A stretch of DNA of 63,417 nt, counting the filler, from Chiloscyllium plagiosum (Eukaryota), in the NCBI RefSeq assembly GCF_004010195.1. It is 4 parts of one record of this genome, joined end to end, with 100 filler letters (N's around TTAATTAATTAA, not from the genome) between each part and the next. Parts side by side here need not be neighbours in the genome. Positions count along the whole stretch, not along the records: positions 1 to 17,457 come from NC_057710.1; positions 17,558 to 27,373 come from NC_057710.1; 2 more parts are not named here. The stretch is one strand, 5' to 3'. The notes beneath the pieces are model-generated. The model was not told where the DNA came from, made no database searches, and was given only the letters and a program-made list of their open reading frames with translations. Both the position numbers and the translations under genes were made by a program. How positions within the stretch are numbered: position 1 is the stretch's first letter; every line of letters starts with the position of its first letter. Below are positions 12,842 to 27,179 of the stretch, in pieces.

Positions 12842-14815
12842 ACCATAACACTATAACATATAGGATCAGAAATAGGCCATTTGGCCTTTCGGATCATAGC
12901 TGCCACTCAATCATGGCTGATATTTTCTCAACTCCATTCCACTGCCTGCTCCCCATTAGTTTTGATCTCCTGACTAATCAAGAACCAATCTCTGACTTAA
13001 ATACACTCAGTGACGTAGCCATCACATCCTTCTGCAGCATCGAGTTCCACAGATTTACCATCCTTGACTGAAGAAATTCCTCCTCATCTCAGTTCTAAAG
13101 GGTCATCCCTTCAGTCTGAGGCTGTGCCTTCGAGTCCTAGTCTCTCCTACTCGTGGAAACATCTTCTCCACGTCCACTCTATCCAGTCCTCTCAGTATTC
13201 TGTAAGTTTCAATGAGACTCCCCCTTATACTTTTAAATTCCATCGAGTACAGACCCAAAATCCTCAATGAGTCCTCATATCATAAGCCCTTCATCCCTGG
13301 GATCACTCTTCTAAACCCCTTTCAAGGCTAGCACATCTTTCCTCAGATATGAGGCCCAAAACTGCTCATAATATTGCAAATGCAGTCTCATCAGAGCCTG
13401 AAACAGCTTCAGCGGTACATCTCTGCTCTTGTATTCTCACTCTCTCAAAATGAAAAACATTGTATTTGCCGATACAATTGCCAATTGAACCTGCATGTTA
13501 ACCTTCAGAGAATTCTGAATTAGGACTCTTGTTCCTTTGTGTTTCAAGTTTCCAAAGCTTTTCCCCCACATAGAATATAAACTAGGCCTTTAATTTTGTT
13601 ACAAAGTGGATAACCTCACACTTTCCCACATTGTATTCCATCTGCCACTTTTTTTGCCCACTCTCCTAGCCTGTCCATGTCCTTCTGCAGCCTCTCCTCC
13701 TCCCCAACACCACCTGTCCTTGCACCTACCTTTGCGTCATCTGCAAACGTAGCAACAGTGCCCTCAGTTCCTATATCCAGATCGTTAATATATAATGTGA
13801 ACAGTTGTGGTCCCAATATGTCCCCTGCAGAGCTCCACTGAACACTGGCTGCTATCCTTAAAAAGAGCCCTCTATTGCCATTCTCTGTCTTCTGTCTGTC
13901 AGCAAATCCTCTAACCATGCCTGTTACGATACAGAGGCAAACCCTCTGTTAATTAAACCAAACATCCTGAAAGGTTAGTCTCGCCTCATAATCTGTTAAA
14001 ATATGAGTGACACAGAACTTCCAAATTCCACTATTTAAAGAAAATAACATCAATTTATTTTTTAACTCTCAAAGTGAACATTAAACAACTATTCACAATT
14101 CTATCCTCATTTGATCTTAACTGCTTATTATCTGCCTCCAACTCCAAAACAATATGCTGTTCCAATAAAACACTTACTAAAACCACGTCAACTTGTTTTC
14201 AAAACCACAAAGCGGCTATCATCTTCTGTGTCTTTCTTCTTCCAGCTGAAGATCTCCCTGCGTCATCTTATTTCTTTTTACTGCAAGTATGTTTCATATG
14301 AAAAGGTACCTTTGATAGAGAGTGTTCCTAATTTCTTAGCGAGCAAATGTTAGTTCTCCATGCATTTCTGTTTCTTGCTTTCTGATCAATTTTCAGAATG
14401 TCCACATTTTATACCCCCCAACATCAGATTGTCTCATTGGTTCGGTGTTGGCAAAACAATAAATTCAAACTCAATTGGGATTTGGTATTCTGGGGTATAA
14501 TTTAAACAGATTGGTTTAATTTGAATTGTTGCCAAAACAGCAACTAAAACTCAGGTATCCATTTCACAGCCAAATGTTACATGTTTTCAATTTTCCAGTA
14601 TACTCTGGGACTGCTTTCTAGTGCTTGTAATCTCTCAGTTCAGAAAAGCATTCTCTCTCGCTGTCTCTCTTAAAGATACAATACACACCTTCAACTTCAT
14701 AACAATTACAATACCTTGCCATTAACACCATGGACTCATCTCATTCAGCTACCTCCTATGTGGCACCTTGTCAAAAATCTTCTGGAAATCCAAATACATC
14801 ATGTCTACTGGCTCT
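12842..14815 (-). mobile_element. CR1 LINE (3' end and RT), split by a solo LTR at 13922-14704
   Basis: ORF 13616-13918 has LGPQLFTLYINDLD and FADDAKVG. Tail (cataac)n near 12844. CR1 sequence resumes at 14710. Confidence 0.85.
13922..14704 (-). mobile_element. Probable solo LTR (about 780 bp)
   Basis: Starts TGTTACGA and ends TCATAACA (TG...CA, 8-bp imperfect inverted termini). Non-coding and cleanly interrupts a CR1. TSD is degenerate (atgcc/attac). Strand is tentative, from a minus-strand AATAAA near 14055. Confidence 0.65.
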
Positions 14816-14816
14816 C

Positions 14817-16755
14817 ATAGAACATAGAATATAGAACATTACAGCGCAGTACAGGCCCTTCGGCCCTCGATGTTGTGCCGACCTGTGAAACCAATCTAAA
14901 GGCTCATTTAACCTACACTATTGCATTATCATCCATGTGTTTATCCAATGACCATTTAAATGCCCTTAATGTTGGCAAGTCCACTACTGTTGCAGGCAGG
15001 GCATTCCACCCATATTACTCTCTGAGTAAAGAACCCATCTTTGACATCTGTCCTATATCTATCACCCCTCAATTTAAAGCTATGTCTCCTTGTGCTAACC
15101 ATCACCATCTGAGGAAAAAGGCTCTCACTGTCTATCCTATCTAATCCTCTGATCATTTTGTATGCCTCTATTAAGTCATCTCTTAACCTTGTTCTCTCTA
15201 ATGAATACAGTTTCAAGTCCCTCAGCCTTTCCTCATAAGACCTCCCCTCCATACCAGGCAACATCCTGGTAAATCTCCTCTAAACCCTTTCCAAAGCCTC
15301 CACATCCTTCCTATAATGCGGTGACCAGAACTGTACACAATACTCTAAGTGCAGCCACACCAGAGTTTTGTACAGCTGCAACATGACCTCATGGCTCTGA
15401 AACTCAATCCCTCTACCAATAAAAGTTAACACACCTGTATGCCCTCTTAAAACCCTATCAACCTGGGTGGCAACATTCAGGGATCTATGTACATGGAGAC
15501 CAAGATCTCTCTGCTCATCTCCACTGCCAAGAATCTTACTATTAGCCCAGTACTCTGTATTCCTGTTGCTCCTTCCAAAGTGAATCACCTCACACTTTTC
15601 CACATTAACGCCATTTGCCACCTCTCAGCCCAGCTCTACAGCCTATCTATGTCCCTCTGTAAGCTTCAACATCCTTCCACACTGTCCACAACGCCACTGA
15701 CTTTAGTGTCATCCGCAAATTTACTAACCCATCCTTCTACACCCTCATCCAGGTCATTTATAAAAATGACAAAAGCAGTGGCCCCAAAACAGATCCTTGC
15801 GGTACACCACTAGTAACTGAACTCGAGGATGAATATTTTCCATCAACCGCCACCCTCTCTTCTTTCAGCTAGCCAATTTCTGATCCAAACTGCTAAATCA
15901 CCCTCAATCTCATGCCTCTGTATTTTCTGCAATAGCCTACCATTCGGAACTTATCAAAAGCTTTACAGAAATCCATACACAACACGTCAACTGCTTTACT
16001 TTCATCCATCTGTTTGGTCACCATCTCAAAGAACTCTATAAGGTTTGTGAGGCACGACCTACCCTTCACAAAACCATGTTGACTATCCCTAATCAAATTA
16101 TTCCTTTCTAGATGATTATAAATCCTCTCTCTTATAACCCTTTCCAACACTTTACCCACAACCGACGTAAGGCTCACTGATCTATAATTTCCAGGATTAT
16201 CTCTATTCCTCTTCTTGAACAAGGGGACTACATTTGCTATCCTCCAGTCTTCTGGCACTATTCCTGTTGACAATGATGACATAAAGATCAAAGCCAAAGG
16301 CTCTGCAATCTCGTCCCTAGCTTCCTAGAGAATCCGAGGATAAATCCCATCCGACCCAGGGAACTTATCTATTTTCACACTTTCCAGAATTGGGAACACT
16401 TCCTTCTTGTGAACTTCAATCCCGGCTAGTCTAGTAGCCTGTATCTCAGTATTCTCCTTGAAAACATTGTCTTTTTCCTGTGTGAATACTGATGAAAAAT
16501 ATTCATTTAGCACCTCTCCCATCTCCGCGGACTCCATGCACAACTTTCCACTACTGTCCTTGACTGGCCCTAATCTTACCCTAGTCATTCTTTTATTCCT
16601 GACATACCAATAGAACACTTTAGGGTTTTCCTTGATCCTACCTGCCAAAGACTTCTCATGGCCCCTCCTGGCTCTTCTCAGCTCTCTCTTTAGGTTCTTC
16701 CTGGCTAACTTGTAACTCTCAAGTGCCCTAACTGAGTCTTCACATCTCATCTTAT
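14817..16755 (-). mobile_element. Relatively young CR1 LINE, about 1.9 kb of frameshifted ORF2 plus 3' tail
   Basis: [61 protein letters not shown]. Tail (CATAGAA)n on the plus strand at 14817-14838. Confidence 0.93.
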
Positions 16756-17457
16756 ATAATATATTTTTATTAAGAAAAAATAGATTTTTAAATATTACAA
16801 CAAATACAAAACAATGCAATTCAGAACAGTACAAAACTAAACCCAAACAATAAAAAAAATTCCCCAACCCACCTTCCTATACGAATGTATAAACATATAT
16901 AGAGAAGTATAAAATGAAAAAAAAACCTAATCTAGCTATTTAACTAACTAAATAAATATCTAACAACAAACAAATAAATAGTAATAACTCAGCTCAGCCA
17001 AACAAAACACTCATACATTCACAGTTCCTCCTCCCTGGATATTGGACTCATGAAACACAATTGTTACGGCTATATAAAAGCCCTTGTTACTGTGGCAGAT
17101 AAGTCTGTGTCCAGGTATTTCAAAAAGGGTTGCCATGTCTTGTAAAAATTCTCGGTTTTGTGATGTACCATATTTGTGAGAAAATCCAGGGGAATATGCT
17201 CTATAACAATCTTCCGCCAACCCGGCAGGCCTGGGGGGTTTTCTGATATCCAACCCAGCAAGATATTCTTCCTTGCACAGAACGTAGGAATATTGAAAGG
17301 TTTTGCCTTATGCAAGTCTGCAGGAAATACAATGGGTAGGCCCAAAAGGAGCGAAATAGGGTCCTTCTCCAACCCTACACCTAAAATCCTCTCCATTGCA
17401 CCCACCACAGCGCTCCAATATGTTTGAAGCCTGTCACAAGACCAAAGACAATGGGTA
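16756..17457 (-). mobile_element. L1-clade LINE 3' end
   Basis: HCLWSC...W, DPISLLLG, ARKNILLGW, FYKTWQPFLKYL resemble the L1 ORF2 C-terminus. T-rich 3' UTR and minus-strand AATAAA near 16770. Cut by the gap. Confidence 0.8.
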
Positions 17458-17557
17458 NNNNNNNNNNNNNNNNNNNNNNNNNNNNNNNNNNNNNNNNNNN
17501 NTTAATTAATTAANNNNNNNNNNNNNNNNNNNNNNNNNNNNNNNNNNNNNNNNNNNN
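17458..17557. other. 100-bp assembly gap with artificial linker
   Basis: 44 N + TTAATTAATTAA (17502-17513) + 44 N. Confidence 0.97.
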
Positions 17558-17920
17558 GTGAGGGGTGGGGGAGTTCAGGTGGCGGTTAATATCGCGGCGG
17601 CAGTTGGCTATGCAGAGGTCGAGGGCAGATAGGAGGCCAGCACGGGGTGTCCAGGTGGATGGGGTGTGTTGGAGGCGGGAGAAGGGGTCGTCAGAGGGTG
17701 GGCGAGAGTCTTGGTTAAAGAAGTAGGCGCGGAGGCGAAGGCGGCGGAAGAATTGTTCGATGTCACGCCGCGTGTTGAATTCATCAATCCGGGAGCGTAG
17801 GGGAATGAAGGTGAGGCCTCTGCTGAGGACTGATCTTTCATCCTCAGAGAGGGGTAGGTCTGGAGGGATGGTGAAAACACGGCAGGGCTGGGAGCTAGGA
17901 CCTGGTGTGGGGCTGGAGCT
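17558..17920 (-). mobile_element. Young, CpG-rich Penelope-like element, N-terminal part of ORF
   Basis: Open frame LPLSEDERSVLSRGLTFIP...FFRRLRLRAYFF...STWTP resembles the PLE pre-RT LSxGLxFxP motif. Homologs at 27474-27592 and 60540-60800. Confidence 0.75.
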
Positions 17921-18193
17921 GAGTGTGAGCCTTTTTCCTCGGATGGTGATGGCCAGCACGAGGGGACGTAGTTTTAAAGTGAGGGGTGATAACATAGGAC
18001 AGAGGGCACGAACACACTGCCTGCAACAATAGTAGACTTGCCAACTTTAAAGGCATTTAAATGGTCACTGGTAAATATTATGGATGAAAATGGAATAGGG
18101 TAGGTTAGACAGGCTTCAGATTGGCTCCACAGGTCGGTGCAACATCAAGGACCGAAGGGCCTGAACTGCACTGTAATATTCTATGTTCTATGA
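17921..18193 (+). mobile_element. CR1 3' end
   Basis: SLFPRMVMASTRGRSFKVRG and a ttctatgttctatg tail. Same subfamily as 14817-15150. Confidence 0.85.
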
Positions 18194-18502
18194 AGGTCAT
18201 CAATAGGTAGCTGAAGACTTTGGGCCAAAGTCACTACCCTGAGAAACTCCTGTCGTAATGTCCTGGGACAGTTGTTTCACTTATTATGTACTTTTTGCCC
18301 TGTTCCTATAAAATTTCTGTACAGAGATGGAGCCCTCTGGCCAAAGGTTCTGCTGGCCAAATGCAGCCCACAGATTGTAATTCTTCCAGACCTGCCCAAG
18401 GATGGAATTTATAAGTATTTGGTCCTCAGGAGGTATTCAAGGGATAGCTGGAGTAAGAAAGTAAATTTGAGGAAGATCCCAATTGTTAGTGGAGGGGCTC
18501 TA

Positions 18503-18817
<315 letters not shown>

Positions 18818-19149
18818 TCAACCCAGTTGCAGTAATCAGTTTAATATCCTTTATTCTTTTAAAAAAGAATTTCTAACTTATTTAGAGCATATAGACATAG
18901 TATTTTTCTTTACTAACATTTCGCAGCATTAACTAACACCTCTTAATTATGCAAGCAGACCGGACAGACACTCTTAATCATATCAGGAGTAGCAGCCAGC
19001 ATGTAGCACATGTTTTAACCCATCACCTGTCTTCCCAGGACAGAGGCCCTCAAACCTTTGTGTACTATAGATAAAACAACGTAACACCATAGTAATGGAA
19101 TTTTAATATATGCAAGAACTGGGATTCTATTGCCTCCTCGAACTTGTGA

Positions 19150-20750
19150 TACTTGCGGTTGCTGAATAAGTTATCCCTCTCAGAAATTTTCTAAAGCCTG
19201 ATTGTTAGACTCCTCTTACTTACCAAACATTCCCATCTTGCTGCACTCACAAAGGAGTTACAAGTTCCAGAAAATTGGAAATTCAAATTATTAAAGGATA
19301 AAATGACTTACGAAAACATTTTCAAAAAGTATCAAGAGCAGCAGGATCCTGTGACCAGATTATGCAGAGATTAATTTACACTGACTTTTTCCAATTTAAA
19401 TGTGGATATAGAAACTTGACAGTTGACAAAAGAATCAGCAATACAAAAGTCTGACTGTCAGTGAATGGCATGTATAGGAAGTACAACAAGTTAGCAAGCA
19501 AAGTTCATTGAGGTTTGTAAAACTTTGAGGAGATTTCTTCAATCACAAGATGACCAAACGGCTACCCTTAGAGCTCAAGTTTGTGCTAAAAGCTTACAAG
19601 CAGAAATGTCAAAACCTCCAGTCATAGCCTCAGCAGACTTGCAGAGTTTTAGAGGGTGAAGCACCTTGTCATCAACCATTGGATACTGGCACTTAAAAGC
19701 TCACCTATGAAAGGCTCAGAAAATTGAAGAATTTAAATACTCTCAATCTCTGCAAGGACATGCAAAGAGAACCAAAAGGCTTCAAAACGTAGTCAAACAG
19801 CCCAGATGGCTAATGATTACAAGTTTGTCCACAATCCCTGATACCAAGGTATTCTTCTCAGGTTGTTAACAAAGTGGGAGGGTAATAGAAAGTAACAGTG
19901 AGGACAAGAATCATTAGGTGGGAACACAAGGGGTCCTCTCCTCAGGCCAAAATGCTAAGAGTAGAAGTGATGTCCAAAAGCTAATGTGCTTCCATTGCCA
20001 TAAGATAGAACTGGTTGGTTTAAACCAAACTGTAGGTTAGTGGTAATATTAGGGGCTACAGGAGAGGATGCACCAGAAAATCAAATAGATGTTAAAACAA
20101 TGGCACTGGTAAATGTGTTCCCTCAGAACCAACTTAAATGGAGAATGCGGTTTAAGTTCCTCCAACAAAACAAGTTAATGTTTAAAGACACACTGGAGCA
20201 GCTCAGACATTGATGGTAGCTGATAATGATTCGTGTTCTAGGTAGTTTGATTAAAGAAAAACAGTGGATATTCATAGGATTAATGAATCAGTTTCCTTGT
20301 ATAAAAATTTGTTTCAGAGTAGCCTAGTAATTGGAGTAAAGACCGTGAAAATTATTCAGAGTTTATTGAAATGGTAGATTTTACAATGGTTTATGATTTG
20401 GCTGGTGTAGATGGCATCATGCTGACCACTATGTTGCACCTGGCACCTTACCATGTTGATCTTGCTAAACTCTCTAAAATGACTGCGGCTACTAACAACA
20501 AGGAGCATACTGTCAATAATGAACAAATATAAAGAAACAAAGTGCCGAAAATAATGAGAGGTATGTGATAGATGAAAATCATGAACGGTTGTGAATACAT
20601 GAGCATCTGCCAATAAATTAAGATACTTGAAGGAGGACTAGTAACAGCTAAACAATAAATTTGTAGATGTAAATTCAGTAAGACAGATTTTGAATTAAAA
20701 CTTAACTTAAAGTATCACGAGCCACTAGGAAGTAGGAAAAACACCTTGAA
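19150..20750 (+). mobile_element. Possible highly decayed Gypsy-type LTR retrotransposon (gag region), perhaps continuing at 21750-22720
   Basis: Only a CFHCHK zinc-knuckle-like remnant near 19985 and general gag-like character. No intact ORF. Confidence 0.3.
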
Positions 20751-20789
20751 CAAAGAAAGGAAAAACAGCTTATGAACCTCTGAAATTTC

Positions 20790-21750
20790 CTTTTTTTCAC
20801 TTTGCATTTGTGGAATGTGGACATCACTGGCTGCCCTTAGTTATCTTTGAGAAGGTGGTGGTGAGCTGTCTTCTTGAACTGCTGCTGTCCACTTGCTGTG
20901 GATTACTCATAATGCCATTAGGGAGGGATTCCCAGGAGTTTGACCAAGCAGTGAAGGAACAGCAATATATTTCCAAATCAGGATGATAAGTGGCTTGGAG
21001 AAGAACTTGAAGGTGGAGTGATGTTCCCATTGATCTGCTGCCCTTGTCCTTGTAGATGGAAGTGGTCATGGGTTTGGAAGGTACTATGTCAGGATCTTTG
21101 GTGAATTTCTGCAGTGCATCTTGCAGATAGTACACACTGCTGCTATTCAGTGATGGTGGTGGAGGGAGTGTACATAGTGGCAATCCAGCAATTGCTTTGT
21201 CCTGGATGGTGTCAAGCTTCTTGAGTGCTTTTGGAGTGACACTCATCCAGGCATGTGGGGAATATTCCATCACTCTCCTAACATGTGCCTTGTAGATGGT
21301 GGACAGAATTTGGGTCAGGAGTACATTACTCGCAGCAGTATTTGTAGACTCTGTCCTGCTTTTGTAGCCACTGTAGTTATGTGGTGAGTCCTGTTGAATT
21401 TCTGGTCAATGAAAATGCCCAGAAAATTGATAGCGGAGGATTCAGTGATGGCAATACTATGGAATGTCATGGGGCAGTGGTTAGATGGACTCTTATCGAT
21501 GATGGACATAGCCAGCATTTGTGTGGCACAGATGTTATTTGCCACTTCTTGATCTTGTTGCATTTGGATATGGACTGCTTCAGTATCTGATTAGTCAACA
21601 AATGGTACGGAACACTGTGCAATCATTGGTAAACACTCCCTCACCTTATGATGGAGGGAAAGTTTTTGATAAAGCAGCTGAAGATGGTTGGGCCTCAGAC
21701 ACTAGGACACTACCCAAAGGAACACCTGCAGAGATGTCCTGGAACTGCAA
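20790..21750 (-). mobile_element. Family X LINE, RT and 3' end
   Basis: QDISAGVPLGSVL (GVPQGS box) and MEYSPHAWMS...LDTIQDKA. 3' tail shared with 1460-1565. Confidence 0.8.
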
Positions 21751-22734
21751 AAGGAGCAATGAATGTTTTTCAATTCTAGTGTTATTCAGAGAACAAACTA
21801 GGAGATCCACAGTACGGAAGAATAAATCCATACTTTAAAAAGTAGCAGGAATCCAGGCAGATGAGCAATTCACAAAAGATTGCGAAAAACCCCAACAGGA
21901 TTAGAAAGACGTCATTTGAGAATTATGTGGGCAACTACTAATCTGGGCAAGGAATCTGTAAGCATCGCTCAGAAAGAATTAAGTTTATTCAGATACTATC
22001 AAGAGAAAATAAAACATCCCAGAAATTATCAGTGATCAATGTCAACAGGAATACAGCACATTTGTTTGAACATAAAAACATGTCAGTAAATTTCTCAAAT
22101 CAGCCAAAAGGGTCTTTTGATTGGAAAAGAAAGGAGTTGCTGACACACTAAGAACCCATTTTCATCTTGCTGTCTGAAACAGAGTACTAATCATGTTTGA
22201 ATATAGCAAATGAATTTAAAGATGGAAGGACTTTTCCAGCTGACAAAAAAAGAGCAACAATTGGACTGTGGACTTAACTGATACATTCTTTGCAGAATGT
22301 AAGGAAGGGATTAGAATAAAAAAGCTGCCATGTAGTGCATTAATACCCTGCTAATCCTATTTTTATGTGTATTTGATGTTGCTTGCATTAAGTTTTCATA
22401 ATTTTGCATTATGGTACAAGTGTAAAAATGAAAATGTTTTCTGTACAATATGTAATGAATCTTGTTAGAAATTTATTTTGAGAATTTGTTATCCTATATA
22501 GAAACATTCAATATTGTGAAGCTCTCTCTCCTCCAAAGGTGGTGACATTATGTGGATGTGTTACTTTTCAAGGACACATTGTACATTTTAAACCTTGCAT
22601 TAATCAATTAACTACCTTTGCTCAAGCAAGATTTTTTTTTTGCAAGGATCTACTTCTTTATTGGTTAAATTAAGGAAATATGGCTGACTTGTTTCAGATA
22701 CTGAGTGAGCTACATAGAGTTTAAGACTATGGAA

Positions 22735-24540
22735 AGGGAATGACAGCGGTATTGTCACTAGTCTAGTAATCCAGAAACCCAGCAGTGTTGTGATGTCCTG
22801 GATATGAATCCCACCACAACAGATGGTTGAATATGAAAACAATAGTATGGAATTAGAAGTCTAATAATGATGAAACCACTACTGGTTTTCTTAGAAATCT
22901 ATCTGCTTTACTAGTGCTCTTCAGAGAAGGAAACTGCCATCCTTACCTGGACTGGCTTACATACTAGTCCATTCCCATGTGACTCTCAACTGCTCTCTGA
23001 AATGGCTTAGAAAGCTAACCACTGCAAAGTGTTGAAAAAGAAATGAAACTAGATGTGGACCAGGTGATCCTGACTAAGGTATCATAAACACACTACCTGG
23101 AAACTAATGCCAAAATTGGGTGAGCTGTCTCACAGCTTAGTCAAGCAAACCCTAACTGTCAAACCCTCAGAATCAGTTGACTGATTGAACCATCTTGGCC
23201 TCCTCCAGATGTCTCCAGCATCACAGATGCTACTCTTCAGCAAATTTGAGTCATTACACGTGATTTCAAGAAACAGCCAGAAGTATTCGACATGGTACAG
23301 GATATAGGCTCAGGCAACATTCCAACATAACAGTGCAGACATACGCTCCAGAATTTGCAATCCCCACACCAAGCCCTATTCATGACAGCTACAACACATA
23401 TCTACTCAATGTGGAAAATTGTCCAGCCATGCCCAGTACACAAAAAGCAGTTCAAATCCAACCACGCCTTCTGTCTAAACTCAATCATCAATAAAGGGAT
23501 GTGGGTTTCACCAATAGTGCTATCAAACATCACAGGTTTAACAATAACCTACTCAGTAATGCTCAGTTTAGGTTCCATTAGGAACCTTAACTCCTGACCT
23601 CATTACAACCTTACTTCCAATCAGCTGAACACTTCAGAGGTAAGAGTTACTGTCCTTAAGATCAATGCCATATTTGATGAAGTGGAGCATCAGGTAGCCC
23701 TAGCAAAACTGAAGTGACTGGGAACTGGTGGTAGTGGTGTTTTGGGAGTTCAAGATAGATAATTTAATCAATCTATATAGAGATAAGATTACATTTCTCT
23801 GGAGCAGGTGGGGCTTGAACCTGGACCTCTTAATCACAAGAGCCTTTAGCAATTCCACAAGGTGATGTCCCTAGATCTAACCATAATTCACCTGCTTCAT
23901 CAGTGTCTTTCCCTCCATCACAAGGTACAAAGTGGACAATGTTCAACACAATTCGTAACCTGAGTCACTGAAGCAGTCTATGCTTAAATGCAACAATATC
24001 CAGGTCTGGGCTGACAACAGCATTCATGCGGTGTCAGATTATGGCCATCTCTAACAAGAAAGATATCTAACCACTGCCCCTTGTCCTCTAAAGGTATTCC
24101 CCCTTACTGAATCCCCCATAAGGCACATTTTTCCACATACTCCTCACCAGCCTGTTGAGTGCAGCTCCAGCAACACGAAGAAGCTTGACATCATCCAGGA
24201 CAAAGTAACTTGTTTGACTGGTGCCACATCCAACAGTATTCAGTCCCACCACTGGCAATGCACAGTAGCAGCAGTGTACACCATCTACAAGATGCACTGC
24301 AGAAATTCACCATGGTTCCTTAGAAAGCCCCTTCCAAATCCTACGATCACTACCATCGAGAAGGACAAGGCCAAACTATTCATGATCCTGACTTGAAAAT
24401 GTACCACCATTATTTCAATGTAACTAGGTTAAAATTCTATAAACCCCTCCTTAATACATGATCTACCTACACCAAATTTCAGAAGTTCTAAAAATCCAGC
24501 ACACTGTCACCTTCTCAAAGGCCACTAGGGATGGGTTACC
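22735..24540 (+). mobile_element. Family X LINE: tRNA-like head, internally deleted RT-like body, 3' tail
   Basis: Head and core match 1150-1400, body matches the reverse complement of 20790-21750, ends caccttctcaaaggccactagggatggg. Confidence 0.7.
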
Positions 24541-25599
24541 TGGCTGTAAATATTAAACTAGGTTTATTGAAAATGTGAAGTATAAAGGCAACATGCTGAA
24601 AATGTATAGCTGCTGTCATTGGTCAAACTTTGCAGGAATTAAGGTCAGTAATACTACTGCGCAATGGATAAATCTAGATTTCCTAGAAACAAAGTGTGGA
24701 AATAAAAGATTTTGGTGATGGATGATTCACACATCAATAACTACCTTTGACTAGCTTGTAACTTAAGTTGGACAAAGATATGCTCAAAGTAAGAATTTCA
24801 AATATTGATCTCATTTGTCAGAAGACCTAGCACAGCTCACCAATCCACATCTGTACAGACCCATATTGCAGTAAGCAGCAGATGCATTAATGATTGCAGT
24901 ATCCACAGTCTCTAAATTCCAAGTCATGAACAATTGCATGAAGAATACCCGACCTGAGTCCTATAGTTTTGCCTGTATTAATTTAGGTAGACCGGAGACC
25001 CTCAGAACAGTTCACTCAGTTTAACTTGCCAACATTTTTCCAAAACCAGCTTTCAGATGTCTTTCATGGGTCATAGTCAGGGCATCAGCACTGTGGCTCT
25101 TCCTAGGGCAACTCTAACTGTTAGCAAACTGCGACCAGAAAAGGTCAAAGTATTCAAGATGTATCGTCACTAGTACAATTTGTTCCAAACTGTATTCTGT
25201 GTTTCAGTTATCTGGTTTAACATGCAATTGACTTTTGGTTATTACTTTGCAATGTTTGTACAATTTGAGCACAATCAAGGTTCCCTAGTGTACTTCAAAC
25301 TTTATTTGAATTATTATATCAATCATGGTGTACATGGGGCCCATACTAACTTCCAATGTTTAGTACTTTGCAATCTGCTGAAGAATAAAGATTGCTATTC
25401 ATGCCCAGCCAATCTGGCTTTCACTTACTTCCATGTGGTTAATTTTTAATGCCCTCTGAAGTGTTCTAGCAAGACTGCCACCAAAAGGATTACTACAAAG
25501 TCACAAAATAAATGGGCTTACCAGTAATCCACATATTTTCGAAGATAAAATTTAGGTATTCTCAGCCCGGTTATCACTGATGTTCTCAAGCATCTGCTA

Positions 25600-27170
25600 G
25601 GTGTTAGAATAGTGCTAATTTTACTGACTGATAATCCAAAACGCCTAGGCTATTTCTTTGGGGACATGAATACAAATCACATCACTCAAATGGTGGAATT
25701 TAAATCCAATGAATAAGTCCACCCAAATTAAAAAGAGGTTTTTTTTAAACCCACCATCACGGTTAGATTGCTGTAAAAATTCATCAGGTTCATTCGTATT
25801 TTTTAGGGAAGGAAATCTGCCATGCTTACTTGGTCTACTGTAACTCTATACTGACACAATGTGGCAAACCCTTGACCAGAAATAGCTGAGTCCTAAGGCT
25901 CTAGTGTACTAAGTCACATCAGAAAATTCAAAAACTAACATTTACACAGCAATAAACAACTCACCAATGCTCAGTTTGAAGATTAACAGGGCCACATACC
26001 TCCTGATCTCATCACAAACTTGGTCCATCATAGAAAAAAAAGAGCTGAATTCAAAGATACACATTGTGTATAACTTCCTAGACATCACAACAGCTTTTGA
26101 CCAAAGTGGTTGCAAGTAGTCCCAGTTAAACAGAAATCAGTTGAACCAGGTGAAAAATGCCCACTGGTTGCCTTCATCACTGTCAAAAATCAACCAATTC
26201 AGCTCAGGAAATCACTGGAGGAGTTTGTCAGGCTGATTTCTAATCCCCAGCCAATGGCTGCCACTTCAATTACTTTGAGGAGAAAGTGAGGACTGCAGAT
26301 GCTGGAGATCAGAGCTGAAAATGTGTTGCTGGAAAAGCACAGCAGGTCAGGCAGCATCCAAGGAACAGGAGAATCGACGTTTTGGGCATAAGCCCTTCTT
26401 CAATGACTTTACCTATATCATAAGTTCAGAAATGGGGATGTTTTCAGATGTCTGTGAAGTGCTTGTTATCAAAAATGATTTGTCAGAAATAGAACCATCC
26501 ACGTCCATATACAGCAAGACCTAACCATCATTCAAGTTTGGGCTGAAACTGACAAATAACGTATGCTACACCAGTTCCAGACAACAAACAAGAGAATATT
26601 CCCTCATTATTCAATCGTATTGTCAGTAAATCCCCCATTATTAAAATCCTGTGAGTTACCATTGACTAATCTTAACTAGACCAGACATATAAATAGTGCA
26701 GCTAAAATATGAGAGGGGCAAGGATTCTACAGCAAATGGCTCTTATTGTCTCAGCAAGGCTTATTTATCATTTACATGTATCATGGAATATTTTTCATTT
26801 GTCCAGGTGAGTGCAACTCCAGCAACACAAGAACCCTGACATCCAGGGCAAAACAGCCTTCTTGATTAGCATTCCAACCACCTCAAAAATTCACCCCCTC
26901 TACTTCACTACTGCTGCAATTTGGGATGGGAAATAAATGTTGGCCTAGCCAATCTATGGAAAAGCCAATTCTGAAGAGAAGTCATAACAGAATCTAAACA
27001 TTAACTCTTATTTCTCTCTCCACAGATGCTGCAAGATCTGCTGGATTTTGCTAGCCTTCTGTGTTTGTGCCACCACTGGAAGTATGTTTCCAAGACTCTT
27101 ACCATCTTGACTTGGAACAATAATCGCTGTTACTTCACTCAAAGGGTCAAAATCCTGACTCCCTCCGAAG
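25600..27170 (+). mobile_element. Degenerate family X LINE with nested PLE termini
   Basis: Head and core at 25600-25880. FNDFTYIISSEMGMFSDVC is a decayed FADD box near 26400-26460. Confidence 0.6.
26277..26400 (-). mobile_element. PLE terminus (family A) truncated within the hammerhead core, 13-bp TSD
   Basis: Reverse complement reads tgaagaagggcttatgcccaaaacgtcgattc. TSD cttcaattacttt (26264-26276) and cttcaatgacttt (26398-26410). Confidence 0.8.
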
Positions 27171-27179
27171 TAAGTACCA

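Noticed and set aside
14817..16755. Intact active reverse transcriptase gene
   Set aside because: Split across several frames with stops, as are all RT remnants here. No autonomous element is intact in the visible sequence.
17502..17513. Palindromic TTAATTAATTAA repeated three times in the window (also 27418-27429 and 54534-54545)
   Set aside because: Always centred in exactly 44+44 N and has stop codons in all six frames. It is an artificial scaffold linker, not biology.
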